Program-made: the position numbers and the translations under genes
Assembly: GCA_046351515.1 (NCBI GenBank)
Contig: JAXLYJ010000005.1
Coordinates: 434,892-490,825 of the forward strand
Origin: Polyangiales bacterium
Lineage (GTDB): Bacteria > Myxococcota_A > Polyangia > Polyangiales > Ga0077539
Reading direction: 5' to 3'
DNA length: 55,934 bases
Shown: in pieces, positions 1-8,982 of the stretch
Numbering within the stretch: position 1 is the stretch's first letter
Layout of the letters: every line of letters begins with the position of its first letter
Notes under the pieces: generated by a model
Told to the model about the DNA's origin: nothing
Seen by the model: the letters and a program-made list of their open reading frames with translations, nothing else
Database searches by the model: none

Positions 1-5
1 CGCGG

Positions 6-1112
6 GTGCTGCTCGCGACCAACGACGTCGATCACGTCAGCGCTGCGGGAGAGCGCTCGCCGCTCACCGCGCGGTCTCGCGTTCGATCCGGTGATCGATT
101 GCACGGCCGCAGCGCCACCTCGCGCGCCCTCATCGCGGCGGCGCACGGTCAGCGACTCGACGCGCGCGGCGAGAGCGAGCTGCACATCGGCGCGATGCAG
201 GGCGGTGAGAGCGCCGCAGAGCTCGTGCGCGGAGAGGCGCGCGTCGACGTGAGCCCTGGCTCAGCGAAGCTCTCGCTCGACGCCCACGAGTGGCGCGTGG
301 TGGCCAAGCGCGGGACGTTCGTCGCGAAGATCGAAGGCGACAACGTGCGCGTTCGAGTGCTCTCGGGCGTGGTCGACGCCGCGCACCGAGGAGGCGCTCC
401 GTCCTCGCTCGCCGCGGGCAGCGAGTTCGTCCTCGACAAAAACGGGCAGCGCGTCGAGTCGCCGCTCGCGCAGACGCCGGACGGCGCCGTCGATGATCGC
501 GCGCTCGGCTTGAGCGAAGACGGCGAGCTCGTCGAGCTTCCCGCGCTTCCCGAGGGCGCAGAGCTCACGGTCGAGGGCGTGTCCGTCCCGCGTTCGGCCA
601 GGGTGTTTCGCGTCTCTCGCGCGGTGCGCGCCGTGGCCCGTCGCGGGAGCGACGAGTGGTCGATCGAGCTCGACCCTCGCCGCGCGGCGCGCGACGAGCT
701 TCACTGGACCGCTTCGTCGAGCACCGTGGCGAGCGCGCAGGGCCCGTCGAACAGCGAGCCGCACCCGGCGCCGCACGCTCCTCTCAACGTGCGTCGCGCG
801 CAGCCGTCGCGGACGGTGCTGACGGCGGCGACCGTCCCTCCGCAAGCGCAGCTTGGATTTCGCGCGGTGCAGCGCTCGCTTGGTCAGCGCGCGCGACACT
901 GCTTCGACGCGTGCGAGCGCAACAACTCCTGCGGAGACGCGTCCGGCATCGCTCCGATCGTCGACTTCGACGCCGAGGGAAGGGTCGGCGCGGTCCGCCT
1001 CGAAGGCTCGCCGTCGCCGACGCTCTCTGCGTGCATCGACCGCGAAGTGCGCGCGCTGCGCTTGCCCTTGCTCGCGAACGAGCGCGTGAATCTCGGGCGA
1101 TTCTCGCGATAG
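6..1112 (+). CDS. Hypothetical protein with a C-terminal Cys-pair domain resembling the AgmX/PglI (TonB-C-like) C-terminal domain. The frame is open to the window edge, so the gene may start upstream.
   Basis: High GC3 coding frame. C-terminal segment ...CFDACERNNSCGDASGIAPIVDFDAEGRVGAVRLEGSPSPTLSACIDREVRALRLP matches the pattern of the second copy at 43734..44225. N-terminal region has a weak FecR-like beta-rich character. Confidence 0.5.
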   Translation: MLLATNDVDHVSAAGERSPLTARSRVRSGDRLHGRSATSRALIAAAHGQRLDARGESELHIGAMQGGESAAELVRGEARVDVSPGSAKLSLDAHEWRVVAKRGTFVAKIEGDNVRVRVLSGVVDAAHRGGAPSSLAAGSEFVLDKNGQRVESPLAQTPDGAVDDRALGLSEDGELVELPALPEGAELTVEGVSVPRSARVFRVSRAVRAVARRGSDEWSIELDPRRAARDELHWTASSSTVASAQGPSNSEPHPAPHAPLNVRRAQPSRTVLTAATVPPQAQLGFRAVQRSLGQRARHCFDACERNNSCGDASGIAPIVDFDAEGRVGAVRLEGSPSPTLSACIDREVRALRLPLLANERVNLGRFSR

Positions 1113-1215
1113 ACGGCGGTCTGCCGAGCGCGCTCGATCCGCTGATTTCCGCGATGCCATGGTGGGTGCGCGATGCACCCACGCGCGCCGCGCGCCAGTG
1201 GTTCGCGGTTGCGGG

Positions 1216-2397
1216 CTATCGCGCGGCGAGCAGCGAGTATGGGGGAAGGCCCATCGCGATCGGGTTCGCCGAGAGCCGCTCGCCCGTTCGCGCGTCGAAC
1301 GCGACCACGCCCGAGGCGCGCGCGGGCATGAGCCGCCCGCGGTCGCCGATGTACACGCGGCCATCGACGCCGAGCACCGGCGCGGTGAGCGAGTACTCGG
1401 GGACCTCGATCCAGGTCTTCGTGACGCGATTGCTCGAGAGCGACCACTCGACGAGCCTGGTCGATCCGACGGACATCTCGCGGTCGAGCGCGGGCTCGGT
1501 CATGACCACCAGCAAGACGCGATCGGCGTCGAGCCACAACGCGTGCAGCGGGTTGCCGCCGAGCGTCGTTTCGTCAGCGAAAGTGCCGGTGACCTGCATC
1601 GTCGCCGTGTCGACACGCACGACGCCTCCGTCTCCGACCCGCTGCAACGACCCCGCACACGGAATCAAGAGCGCGTGCTCGCGCAGCGAGCTCTGACCGA
1701 ACGGGTTGGCGAGCGGCAGCTCGATGGCGTCGACGCTGGGCGTCGCGGGCGCAGCGTCCATGACCGCGAGCGTCGTCGTGTCGACCACAGCGATCGCGGC
1801 GTTGCGCGGAGCGCTCAGCGCTGCGCCGTCCCAGCGCTGCAGCGTGACGAACGCGCGAGCGCCGTCCGCGACGATCGTCGAAGGAGCCGCGCGGATGGAT
1901 CCAGCCTTGAAGTCATCGAGCGCGACGTGACCGACGACCGCGCGCGCCTCGACATCGAATACGCCGAGCGACGAGTAGTCGTTGCGCGAGAACAGCGCGC
2001 GGCGCGCGTCGATCGGGAGGTAGGCGCGAGCGTTTGCCGTCGCTTCTCCTTGTGCGCGGATCGCCTGGCTGCTGCCCTCGAACATCACCCTTCCGCCGTC
2101 GAGCGGGCGGTAGACGCGGATCTGATCCACCGAGCCGCGCACGTAGTCGAGCGAGACGATTCGAGACCCGTGCGCGAAGAGGATCGAGTCTCCGGTGAGC
2201 GTGTCGAGCTCGCTCTGGACGCAGGACGACTCCGTCGCGAGCGAGCACAAATGCCCGCTCGCATAGTCGCTGGTCGAGACCCACAGCCGCGCGGTGGGCG
2301 AAGACGATGGACAGCCGCTGGGGCTCGGCGTCGGTGCGCCACACGAGAGCGCGAGCGCCGAGATCAACGCGAGGGCGGGGCTGCTTCGAAGGTCCAC
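1216..2397 (-). CDS. YncE-like beta-propeller lipoprotein. Lipoprotein signal is (M)DLRSSPALALISALALSC|G. Start set at an in-frame GTG by residue counting.
   Basis: The C-terminal 393 codons of tracked ORF 1216..3876 read as beta-propeller repeats. Upstream of 2397 the same ORF turns Arg-rich and overlaps the TonB receptor gene, so that part is spurious. Signal peptide with a lipobox lies immediately after the receptor gene. Confidence 0.6.
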   Translation of the reverse strand: MDLRSSPALALISALALSCGAPTPSPSGCPSSSPTARLWVSTSDYASGHLCSLATESSCVQSELDTLTGDSILFAHGSRIVSLDYVRGSVDQIRVYRPLDGGRVMFEGSSQAIRAQGEATANARAYLPIDARRALFSRNDYSSLGVFDVEARAVVGHVALDDFKAGSIRAAPSTIVADGARAFVTLQRWDGAALSAPRNAAIAVVDTTTLAVMDAAPATPSVDAIELPLANPFGQSSLREHALLIPCAGSLQRVGDGGVVRVDTATMQVTGTFADETTLGGNPLHALWLDADRVLLVVMTEPALDREMSVGSTRLVEWSLSSNRVTKTWIEVPEYSLTAPVLGVDGRVYIGDRGRLMPARASGVVAFDARTGERLSANPIAMGLPPYSLLAAR

Positions 2398-4355
2398 GAC
2401 AACGAGAGGTACACCCCTCGCGACGGAAGCGGAAATCCCCCGAAGTCCGAGACGGCGACGCGCTCGCTGCGGCCGCTCGGGTAGCGGACGATCCCCTCGC
2501 GAACGTCGAGCAGGTTCGTCGCCGAGACGTCCGCTGAGAGCCCGCGAACCCAGGGAATCTCCGCTCCGATCGACGCACCCAAGAGCAGCCTCGGCGGGGA
2601 CGCATAGGCGTTGGCCATGTCGAAGAACAGCCCTGCGATGCCCGAGGCCTCGACGCTCGCGCGAAGAAAGCTCCAACGTCCTTCGGCGCGCACATACGCG
2701 TCGTGCTCGGGGATGTTCGGGACGCGCTTCGCGTCGGTCGGACCCGTGGATCGCTGCGTCGCCGAGGTGAACGAATAGCTCGCGGTGACCGTGAAATACC
2801 GGGACACCGAGACCCTCGCGCTCGCCTCGAATCCGAAGACGTCGGCGCTCTGGAGATTGAGCGCCTTCATCGCCAGCGCGCTCGTTCGGGTGAGCACGAT
2901 CAACCGATCGGCGCGGCGCGCGAACGCGCCGACTTCGACGCGCGCAGAGAGCGCTCTCCACGCGGTGGTCACGATGGCCGTGAGGTCGACGGTCGAACTC
3001 GTCTCGGACTCGAGGGACGAATTCGAGCGCAAATACTCGCCGAGTCCATACAGCTCGATGAGCGACGGAGCGCGCTCGAGCATCGAGCCCGTCAAGCGCA
3101 GGGCCAGCCACGAGCTGGGCTGCCAGCGAAGGGCGAGGCGAGGGGAGGCGAGCGCGCGTGAGCGCGCCGTTCCGCGAAGCTCGGGGCGATCGTCGATGAG
3201 GTCGAAGCCGAATCCACCGCTCAGCTCCAAGCTCGAGAGCGGCTGCGCTCGAAGCTCGATGCCCGCGAGAACGCTCGTGCGCGCCGCTCGCGCAGCGCCG
3301 CTCGCAGCCCCGCCGTCGCTGGTCTCGAAGCGGTCGTAGCGCGCTCGCAGCACAGCGTCGACGGTGATCGCGCGCTCGCGCACGGTCGCGTTGATCCCCG
3401 ATTCGACCGCGAATCCTCCGCTCAACGCGCCGCTCGGGGACTGCTCTTGCAGCGGGTCTCCGAACGAGTCGCGTCGCCACTGCACCGCCGCGAACGGCTC
3501 GATGCGCAGCGAGCCGCGACGAATCACCGCGAAGAGCCGAGAGAGCCAGCGCGCCTGCGCCACGTACGTTCGTCGAAACTGCAGCGCGCCCGGTCCAGGC
3601 TGCCCCGCCCATCGCACGTCGCCGAGCGCTTGGACGCACACGACGCTCACGCACGCGCGAGCGAGCAGATCGAGCGCGTCGCCGCCAGCGTTGCGCCGGA
3701 CTTGATCGCGATTGTCGTCGTCGAGGTTGGCGGGCGTGGCGTTGTCGTCGAAGAAGAGAAAGTCCCCGTTGCTGCCGCGGTACGCCAGCGCGACGAGGCC
3801 GCGCACGACGCGACCGCCGCTCGCGAACGCGCTCGCTCTTCGCTGCGCAAACGAGCCGCCGCCCGCGCTGACCCAAGCCGCTCCGCGCGCGGTGGACTCG
3901 CGCGTGTGCAGCTCGATGACGCCGCCGACGCCCTGCATTCCGAGGCGGAGCGGACCTGCGCCGCGGTACACGTCGGCCCGAGAGAACGCGGACGGAGCGA
4001 GCTGCGACAGGTCGACGCTCGGAGCGAACGCGTCGTTGAGCACCATTCCATCGACCGCGACGGTGACTTGCGCCGTGGGCGCGCCGCGCATCGAGACGTA
4101 GGCCGGAGCGAGCCCGTCGCCGGTCGAGCGCGGGTGCATCGACGGCGCTTCATCGAGCAAGAGCGCGAGCGAGGGGGCGTTGCGTCCGCGCTCACGAAGG
4201 TCGACGACGGTGCCCGAGCGCGTGGAGTCTTCGACGTCGCGTCGCGCGTCACGGACGGGATCGCCGCGAACGGTCGCTCCTTCGCGCGACTGCGCCTGCG
4301 CGTTGCGTGCGCAGAGCGCGAGCGAAGCGAGTGCGATCAGCGAGCGGCGAGACAC
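2364..4355 (-). CDS. TonB-dependent outer-membrane receptor
   Basis: Signal peptide MSRRSLIALASLALCARNAQAQS. Plug-domain motifs (VDGMVLNDAF...ADVYRGAGPLRLG...GGVIELHTRE). 663 aa, beta-barrel-like C-terminus ending ...LSLSWTF(EAAPPSR). Confidence 0.85.
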   Translation of the reverse strand: MSRRSLIALASLALCARNAQAQSREGATVRGDPVRDARRDVEDSTRSGTVVDLRERGRNAPSLALLLDEAPSMHPRSTGDGLAPAYVSMRGAPTAQVTVAVDGMVLNDAFAPSVDLSQLAPSAFSRADVYRGAGPLRLGMQGVGGVIELHTRESTARGAAWVSAGGGSFAQRRASAFASGGRVVRGLVALAYRGSNGDFLFFDDNATPANLDDDNRDQVRRNAGGDALDLLARACVSVVCVQALGDVRWAGQPGPGALQFRRTYVAQARWLSRLFAVIRRGSLRIEPFAAVQWRRDSFGDPLQEQSPSGALSGGFAVESGINATVRERAITVDAVLRARYDRFETSDGGAASGAARAARTSVLAGIELRAQPLSSLELSGGFGFDLIDDRPELRGTARSRALASPRLALRWQPSSWLALRLTGSMLERAPSLIELYGLGEYLRSNSSLESETSSTVDLTAIVTTAWRALSARVEVGAFARRADRLIVLTRTSALAMKALNLQSADVFGFEASARVSVSRYFTVTASYSFTSATQRSTGPTDAKRVPNIPEHDAYVRAEGRWSFLRASVEASGIAGLFFDMANAYASPPRLLLGASIGAEIPWVRGLSADVSATNLLDVREGIVRYPSGRSERVAVSDFGGFPLPSRGVYLSLSWTFEAAPPSR

Positions 4356-6496
4356 GCGAGGGGGTGATACACCGAGCGCGCTCGCGCGGGGGTGCGAAGC
4401 GCGACGACCGCGCCGAAGCCGTCCATCGCGCTCGCTCCTTCGAGCGTCGTCGCGAGCGTGAGCTGCGTTGCCGAGCCCGAGTAGATCGCTGCGGTTCCTG
4501 CTTGAGAGCGCCCGCCGGGGCTCGCGTTGAACGCGCCGATGATCGCGTCTGCGAAGCCGTCGCCGTTGAAGTCACCGCTGCCTCCGACGCTGATGCCGAA
4601 GCTCGCGCTCATCACCGCTCCGTCGATGGTCTGCGACGCCATCGCAGGCAAGCCCGACGCAGAGCCGCGAAAGATGAACGCCGAGCCCGCGTTCGAGAGA
4701 CCGCCGGGGCGATTTTGCGGCGCGCCCACGACGAGGTCGTCGAAGCCGTCGCGGTTGGTGTCCCCCGGCGAAGCGAGCGAGAAGCCGAACGAGCTCAGGT
4801 TCTGAATCGCAGGGAGACTGTTCGTCGCGGTGGAAGCGAGTCCCGTCGCTTGTCCGAGAAAAAGCGACACATTTCCAGCGTCGACTCCGACTGAAGGACT
4901 GGTGCCCATCGGCACGCCCACGACGATGTCTCCGCGGCCATCACCGTTGAAATCACCAGCTACGATCGACGCCCCGAACGAATCGGGAGTCGATGGACCA
5001 GTGAGAGTGACCGACGCAGTCGAAGGCAGTCCGGCGCCACTTCCAAGGAACACCAATGCGTTTCCCGCCCCGCCGTTGAAACCGGTCGCTCCAACGATCA
5101 CGTCCGAGAATCCGTCACCGTTCACGTCGATCGAAGGCGCCACGGCCGCACCGAAGAAACCACCCGAGGTTGGCCCCGAGAGAGTCCACCGAGGCGAGGG
5201 CTCGAAGCCCATGCGGCTGCCGCGGTGAACACCGACCGCTCCGGCATCAACCATTCCGCGAACATCGGCTTGAGACGCGGCGATGGCGACGTCGGCGTAG
5301 CCGTCGTGATCGATGTCTCCGACGCCTGCGACCGCCACACCAAGCACGTCACTGTTGGCCATACCGCACACCGTCTGAGCCGCTGTCGTTTGCACTCCCG
5401 ACGCGCTTCCGAGATAGAGGCGCGCGCAGCCTGCAAACATGGTCGCGCCCATCGACTCGGCGGGAAACCCGACGAGCAAATCTCCGTATCCATCGCCATT
5501 GGTGTCTCCTGCAGGGGCGACTGGATGTTGCGCGATGGGAAGCGGGTTGATTCGAACTCCTGTGATGGTCGCGCTCGCGCTGCGCGCGAGTCCGGTCGCA
5601 GAACCCTGATGCAGCGTGTAGTTGCCGTTGCGTGCACCGATGGCCGCATCCGTGAACCCATCTCCGTTCACGTCGAGCTCGACGCCGTGCGCGGTGTCCA
5701 CCATGGCTCCGTTCGCGCGCGTGCGAAACTGCCACGTCGGGCTCGTCCGTGTGCCCGTCGTCGCTCCGACGCGGCCTTTGATGCGCCAGAAGAGCACCGT
5801 CGATCGCGGCAGATCCATCGCGGGCTGCGCGCTCGTGCCTGTCGCGTCGATCGTCGCGACCACCATCGTGCACGCGCGATCTCGACACACTTCGACGCGC
5901 GCCCCGTCGACGCCCATCGCTGACTCCCACCGCAGCGTCGGACGCAGGCTGGTCACCGTGCTCGTCCCTGGCGGCCAGATGGGGCGCGGCGCGATCACTT
6001 CGCACGCCGCGCCGACGCGCTCGAACCCCGCGAGGCACTCGGTGGCACACGAATTCATGACGCACGTCGCGCGCTCGCCCGCTCCCGCAGGGCACGGCTC
6101 GCAGCGGGCTCCGCACGTCGTGGGGCTGTCACTCGCAACGCACGATCCTCCGCACGCGTGACTGCCGCTCGGGCACTGCACCTCGCACGCTCCAGCGTTG
6201 CAGCTCGCCGGGCCTCCGTCGCTCGCTGCGCAGCTGTTTGCGCAGCGGCCGCAGTTGGCAGGGTCGCTCTGCGTGTTGACGCAGCGACCGCCGCACATCG
6301 TCTCGTTCGCGGCGCACGCGCTCGCGTCCACGCCCGTCTCTCCGCAGCGAGGAATGGTCAGCTCGTTACACGTCCCCACGCACATTCGGAGTTGCGTGTG
6401 CCAGACACCAGCGTCGCACGTCATCGACGGCGCGCCGGGGCATCCCCACAGCGCGACGACGCTCAACGCACCCACTCCCCACAACACTCGGTTCAT
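4337..6496 (-). CDS. FG-GAP (integrin-alpha-like) repeat lipoprotein with an N-terminal array of myxobacterial-type Cys-rich repeats
   Basis: Signal peptide with lipobox (VVALWGC). About six CxxCxxxC-type repeats, then repeated DxNGDGxxD FG-GAP calcium-binding motifs. AAGGAG-like RBS read upstream of the internal ATG. Confidence 0.8.
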   Translation of the reverse strand: MNRVLWGVGALSVVALWGCPGAPSMTCDAGVWHTQLRMCVGTCNELTIPRCGETGVDASACAANETMCGGRCVNTQSDPANCGRCANSCAASDGGPASCNAGACEVQCPSGSHACGGSCVASDSPTTCGARCEPCPAGAGERATCVMNSCATECLAGFERVGAACEVIAPRPIWPPGTSTVTSLRPTLRWESAMGVDGARVEVCRDRACTMVVATIDATGTSAQPAMDLPRSTVLFWRIKGRVGATTGTRTSPTWQFRTRANGAMVDTAHGVELDVNGDGFTDAAIGARNGNYTLHQGSATGLARSASATITGVRINPLPIAQHPVAPAGDTNGDGYGDLLVGFPAESMGATMFAGCARLYLGSASGVQTTAAQTVCGMANSDVLGVAVAGVGDIDHDGYADVAIAASQADVRGMVDAGAVGVHRGSRMGFEPSPRWTLSGPTSGGFFGAAVAPSIDVNGDGFSDVIVGATGFNGGAGNALVFLGSGAGLPSTASVTLTGPSTPDSFGASIVAGDFNGDGRGDIVVGVPMGTSPSVGVDAGNVSLFLGQATGLASTATNSLPAIQNLSSFGFSLASPGDTNRDGFDDLVVGAPQNRPGGLSNAGSAFIFRGSASGLPAMASQTIDGAVMSASFGISVGGSGDFNGDGFADAIIGAFNASPGGRSQAGTAAIYSGSATQLTLATTLEGASAMDGFGAVVALRTPARARSVYHPLACLAAR

Positions 6497-6607
6497 CACA
6501 GCTTCTCCTTCGAACTCACGGCCTGAGCACAGGGTGAGACGAATCGCTCAACCCCCGACGCGCGATGGTGGCAGCGCTCGGCGCTTGGCGCAACGGTCCC
6601 TCGACCG

Positions 6608-7426
6608 TCAATTGAGCGCCGAACGCCCGCTCGCCGCGTTGTCGATCGCCGCACGAATCCGCGCGGCGTCCGAGGCCTCGGGCGCCAATTCGAGGTAGCG
6701 CTTCAAGTCGCTGACAGCGCTCTCGTTCGCGCGCAGCGCGAGGGCGTGCAAGCCCCGATCGCGCACGCGCTCGGGGCGACCGTCGAGGGCGAACAGACGA
6801 TCGCACACCACCATCGCGTGCGCGTGCTCGCCACGCGAAGAGTAGATCACGTCGAGGTTGGTGAGCATTCGCGTTGCGATCGCGCGGGCATCGACCACGG
6901 CGAGCTGCTGCGCGGTGACCGTCGCGCGCGGCCCGAGCGCGCGTCGCGCGAGCCGCTCGAGCGCGGGGACGTCGAGCATCTGACCCCGCGCGAACGGGTC
7001 GACGAGATAACCGTCGTCTCCGCCGATTCGCGCGAGAAAATGCCCGGGAAAACCCACTCCATCGACGGCGACTCCGACGCGTCGCCCGACGGCCATCAGC
7101 ACGATCGCCAGCGTGATCGGGATGCCTTTGCGGCGCTCGATCACGCGGTGGATGAAGCTGTTCTGCGGGTCGTAGTAGTGCTCTTCGTCGCCGCGAAAGC
7201 CGAGCGCGCCGTACACGTGCGAGGTCAGCGCGAGCGCGCGTTGCCTGCGGTCCGAGCTTCGAGCAACCCGCGCGGCCAGCGGCTCGGCGAGCTCGTCGAG
7301 CGCCTGGGAGAGCGACGCGTAGCTGGCGGACGGATAGAAGTCCTCCGCGATCGCGAACGCGACGCGCTCGATCGGCGTCGAGGGATCGACGAGCAGAGGG
7401 TCGAGCTGCGAAGAGGAGTTCGTCAC
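6608..7426 (-). CDS. SirB1/YchA-family protein (transglutaminase-like N-terminal domain plus TPR-like C-terminus)
   Basis: 272 aa. Overall architecture and motifs (…GIPITLAIVLMAVGRRVGVAVDGVGFPGHFLARI…) are typical of the SirB1/YchA family that often sits beside prfA/hemA in other bacteria. Confidence 0.65.
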   Translation of the reverse strand: MTNSSSQLDPLLVDPSTPIERVAFAIAEDFYPSASYASLSQALDELAEPLAARVARSSDRRQRALALTSHVYGALGFRGDEEHYYDPQNSFIHRVIERRKGIPITLAIVLMAVGRRVGVAVDGVGFPGHFLARIGGDDGYLVDPFARGQMLDVPALERLARRALGPRATVTAQQLAVVDARAIATRMLTNLDVIYSSRGEHAHAMVVCDRLFALDGRPERVRDRGLHALALRANESAVSDLKRYLELAPEASDAARIRAAIDNAASGRSALN

Positions 7427-7520
7427 TTGATTGCGTGTGCGCGAAATGAAGAACGCCCCCCGAGAGTGCTCTCGAGGGGCGTCGGATCGTACGCGATCGC
7501 GCTGCGATTCGCGTGGCGGA

Positions 7521-8663
7521 TCAGCCGTTGCCGCCGCCCGCGTCGCTGCCCGACGAGGCGCCGCAGGTGCCCGCGCCGCGCGAGGGCGCAGACATCGCCG
7601 CGGTGGTCGCGGGGACGAGCGAGAAGCCGAGGCCCACGCCGATGCCGCCGAACATGGGGTTCATCGAGCCCGGCATCGGACGGCAGATGCCGTTCTCTTC
7701 GATGTCGACGAAGCCGCCGATGATCGTGGCCGCTTGCATCGCGAAGTCCGGCGCGAGGCTCTGGATCGCGGTGAGGAGCTGGCTGCCGTTGAACGAGCCG
7801 CCGAGGTTTCCGCCCGTGCCGCCGGTGGCGGTGAGGTTCACGCGGAGCTGAGCGTTGGTGAGGGTGAGCATCACCGAGCGGCCCATGATCTCGGGCAGCG
7901 GCAGCGGGAACATGCCCGGCGCCGTGACCTGCAGACGTCCGCCGACGATGCGGCCGGGGAACTGGATCTTCGCCGACTCGATGTCCGACGCGGTGTTGAG
8001 CGAGTCCGCCGCGATCGCGTACTCGCGCATCGGCTGCACGCTGTCGCAGCCGGTCGTGAACGTGGGGTAGCCGTTGTAGACCTTGACCGTCACTTCGTTG
8101 TCGTCGGTGAGGCTGTTGACGCCGGTCACGCGCACGACGAGCGAGATCTTGTTCTGGTTGATCTGGCTGGTGAGCTCGCTGCGGATGCCCATCGGGAACG
8201 AGCTGCTCGCAGCGGCCTCGATCGCGTCGAGGATGCCCGGCAGCTGGTTGTCGACGCCGCCGCGGCAGCCCGCGCCCGGAGCGCAGCGCATGTTCATGCC
8301 GCACGCGCCGGTCGCCATGTTCCATCCGCCCATGGGGCAGTTCTGGTCCTGGTCGAGCATCGAGGGCGAGTCGGGACGATCACACGAGCGAGGGGTGTCC
8401 GGCAGCGAGCCTTCGCTGTTCACCGAGTAGATGTTGTCGAGGTTGAAGCCGGTGATCGCCGAGTTCGAGTCGAGCGGAACAGGGCTCACCGTGAGCTCGC
8501 TGATCACGTACGTGTACGTCATGCCCGGACCGCCGCCGCCGCCGTCCGTCGGCGTGCTCGAGTCCGGGTTGTTGCCGCCGTCGGGATTGTTGACGGGGCC
8601 TCCACAGCCCACGAGGCCGATAAGAGCGCCAGCAGTCGCGAGGGTGAGAAGTCGCTTGGTCAT
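7521..8663 (-). CDS. Hypothetical lipoprotein (Gly/Met-rich, Cys-containing)
   Basis: Internal ATG gives MTKRLLTLATAGALIGLVGC|GG (SPase II lipobox). AGGAG-like RBS read about 8 nt upstream. Coherent coding composition. Confidence 0.7.
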   Translation of the reverse strand: MTKRLLTLATAGALIGLVGCGGPVNNPDGGNNPDSSTPTDGGGGGPGMTYTYVISELTVSPVPLDSNSAITGFNLDNIYSVNSEGSLPDTPRSCDRPDSPSMLDQDQNCPMGGWNMATGACGMNMRCAPGAGCRGGVDNQLPGILDAIEAAASSSFPMGIRSELTSQINQNKISLVVRVTGVNSLTDDNEVTVKVYNGYPTFTTGCDSVQPMREYAIAADSLNTASDIESAKIQFPGRIVGGRLQVTAPGMFPLPLPEIMGRSVMLTLTNAQLRVNLTATGGTGGNLGGSFNGSQLLTAIQSLAPDFAMQAATIIGGFVDIEENGICRPMPGSMNPMFGGIGVGLGFSLVPATTAAMSAPSRGAGTCGASSGSDAGGGNG

Positions 8664-8982
8664 GTACGGAACTCCTGAGTCGAGCGGTGCTCGTCGAGCG
8701 AAACGTAGAGGTGTGCGCAAAGCGCGAGGCGTCGCTTAGGTACCACCGGAAAAAATCGCGCTCAAGCGCTTCTCGTGCGCTCAGTGTGCGACAGGACACG
8801 GATGTCAGGGCGGCCCGCGCTCGGACTCGCGCCTCGACGCGGTGCGCCGCGCGCGCTGAATCACCGTTCATTCTCGGGCGGGACCGCGCTCGATCGCTGG
8901 AGCTCTGCGTCGGTGCGCGCGGTGAGTTCTGTCGCTTTCGTGATCGCGCCGGGGTCTCCGTGCTACCCGCGATGAACCCCCC

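Noticed and set aside
2398-3876. Upstream 493 aa of tracked ORF 1216..3876
   Set aside because: Arg-rich and overlaps the TonB-dependent receptor coding frame. The real gene starts at the lipoprotein signal (GTG at about 2397).
8664-8982. 319-bp divergent intergenic region upstream of dnaE as a possible regulatory RNA or oriC-like region
   Set aside because: No DnaA-box clusters or AT-rich unwinding element were evident. It is most simply a pair of divergent promoters.
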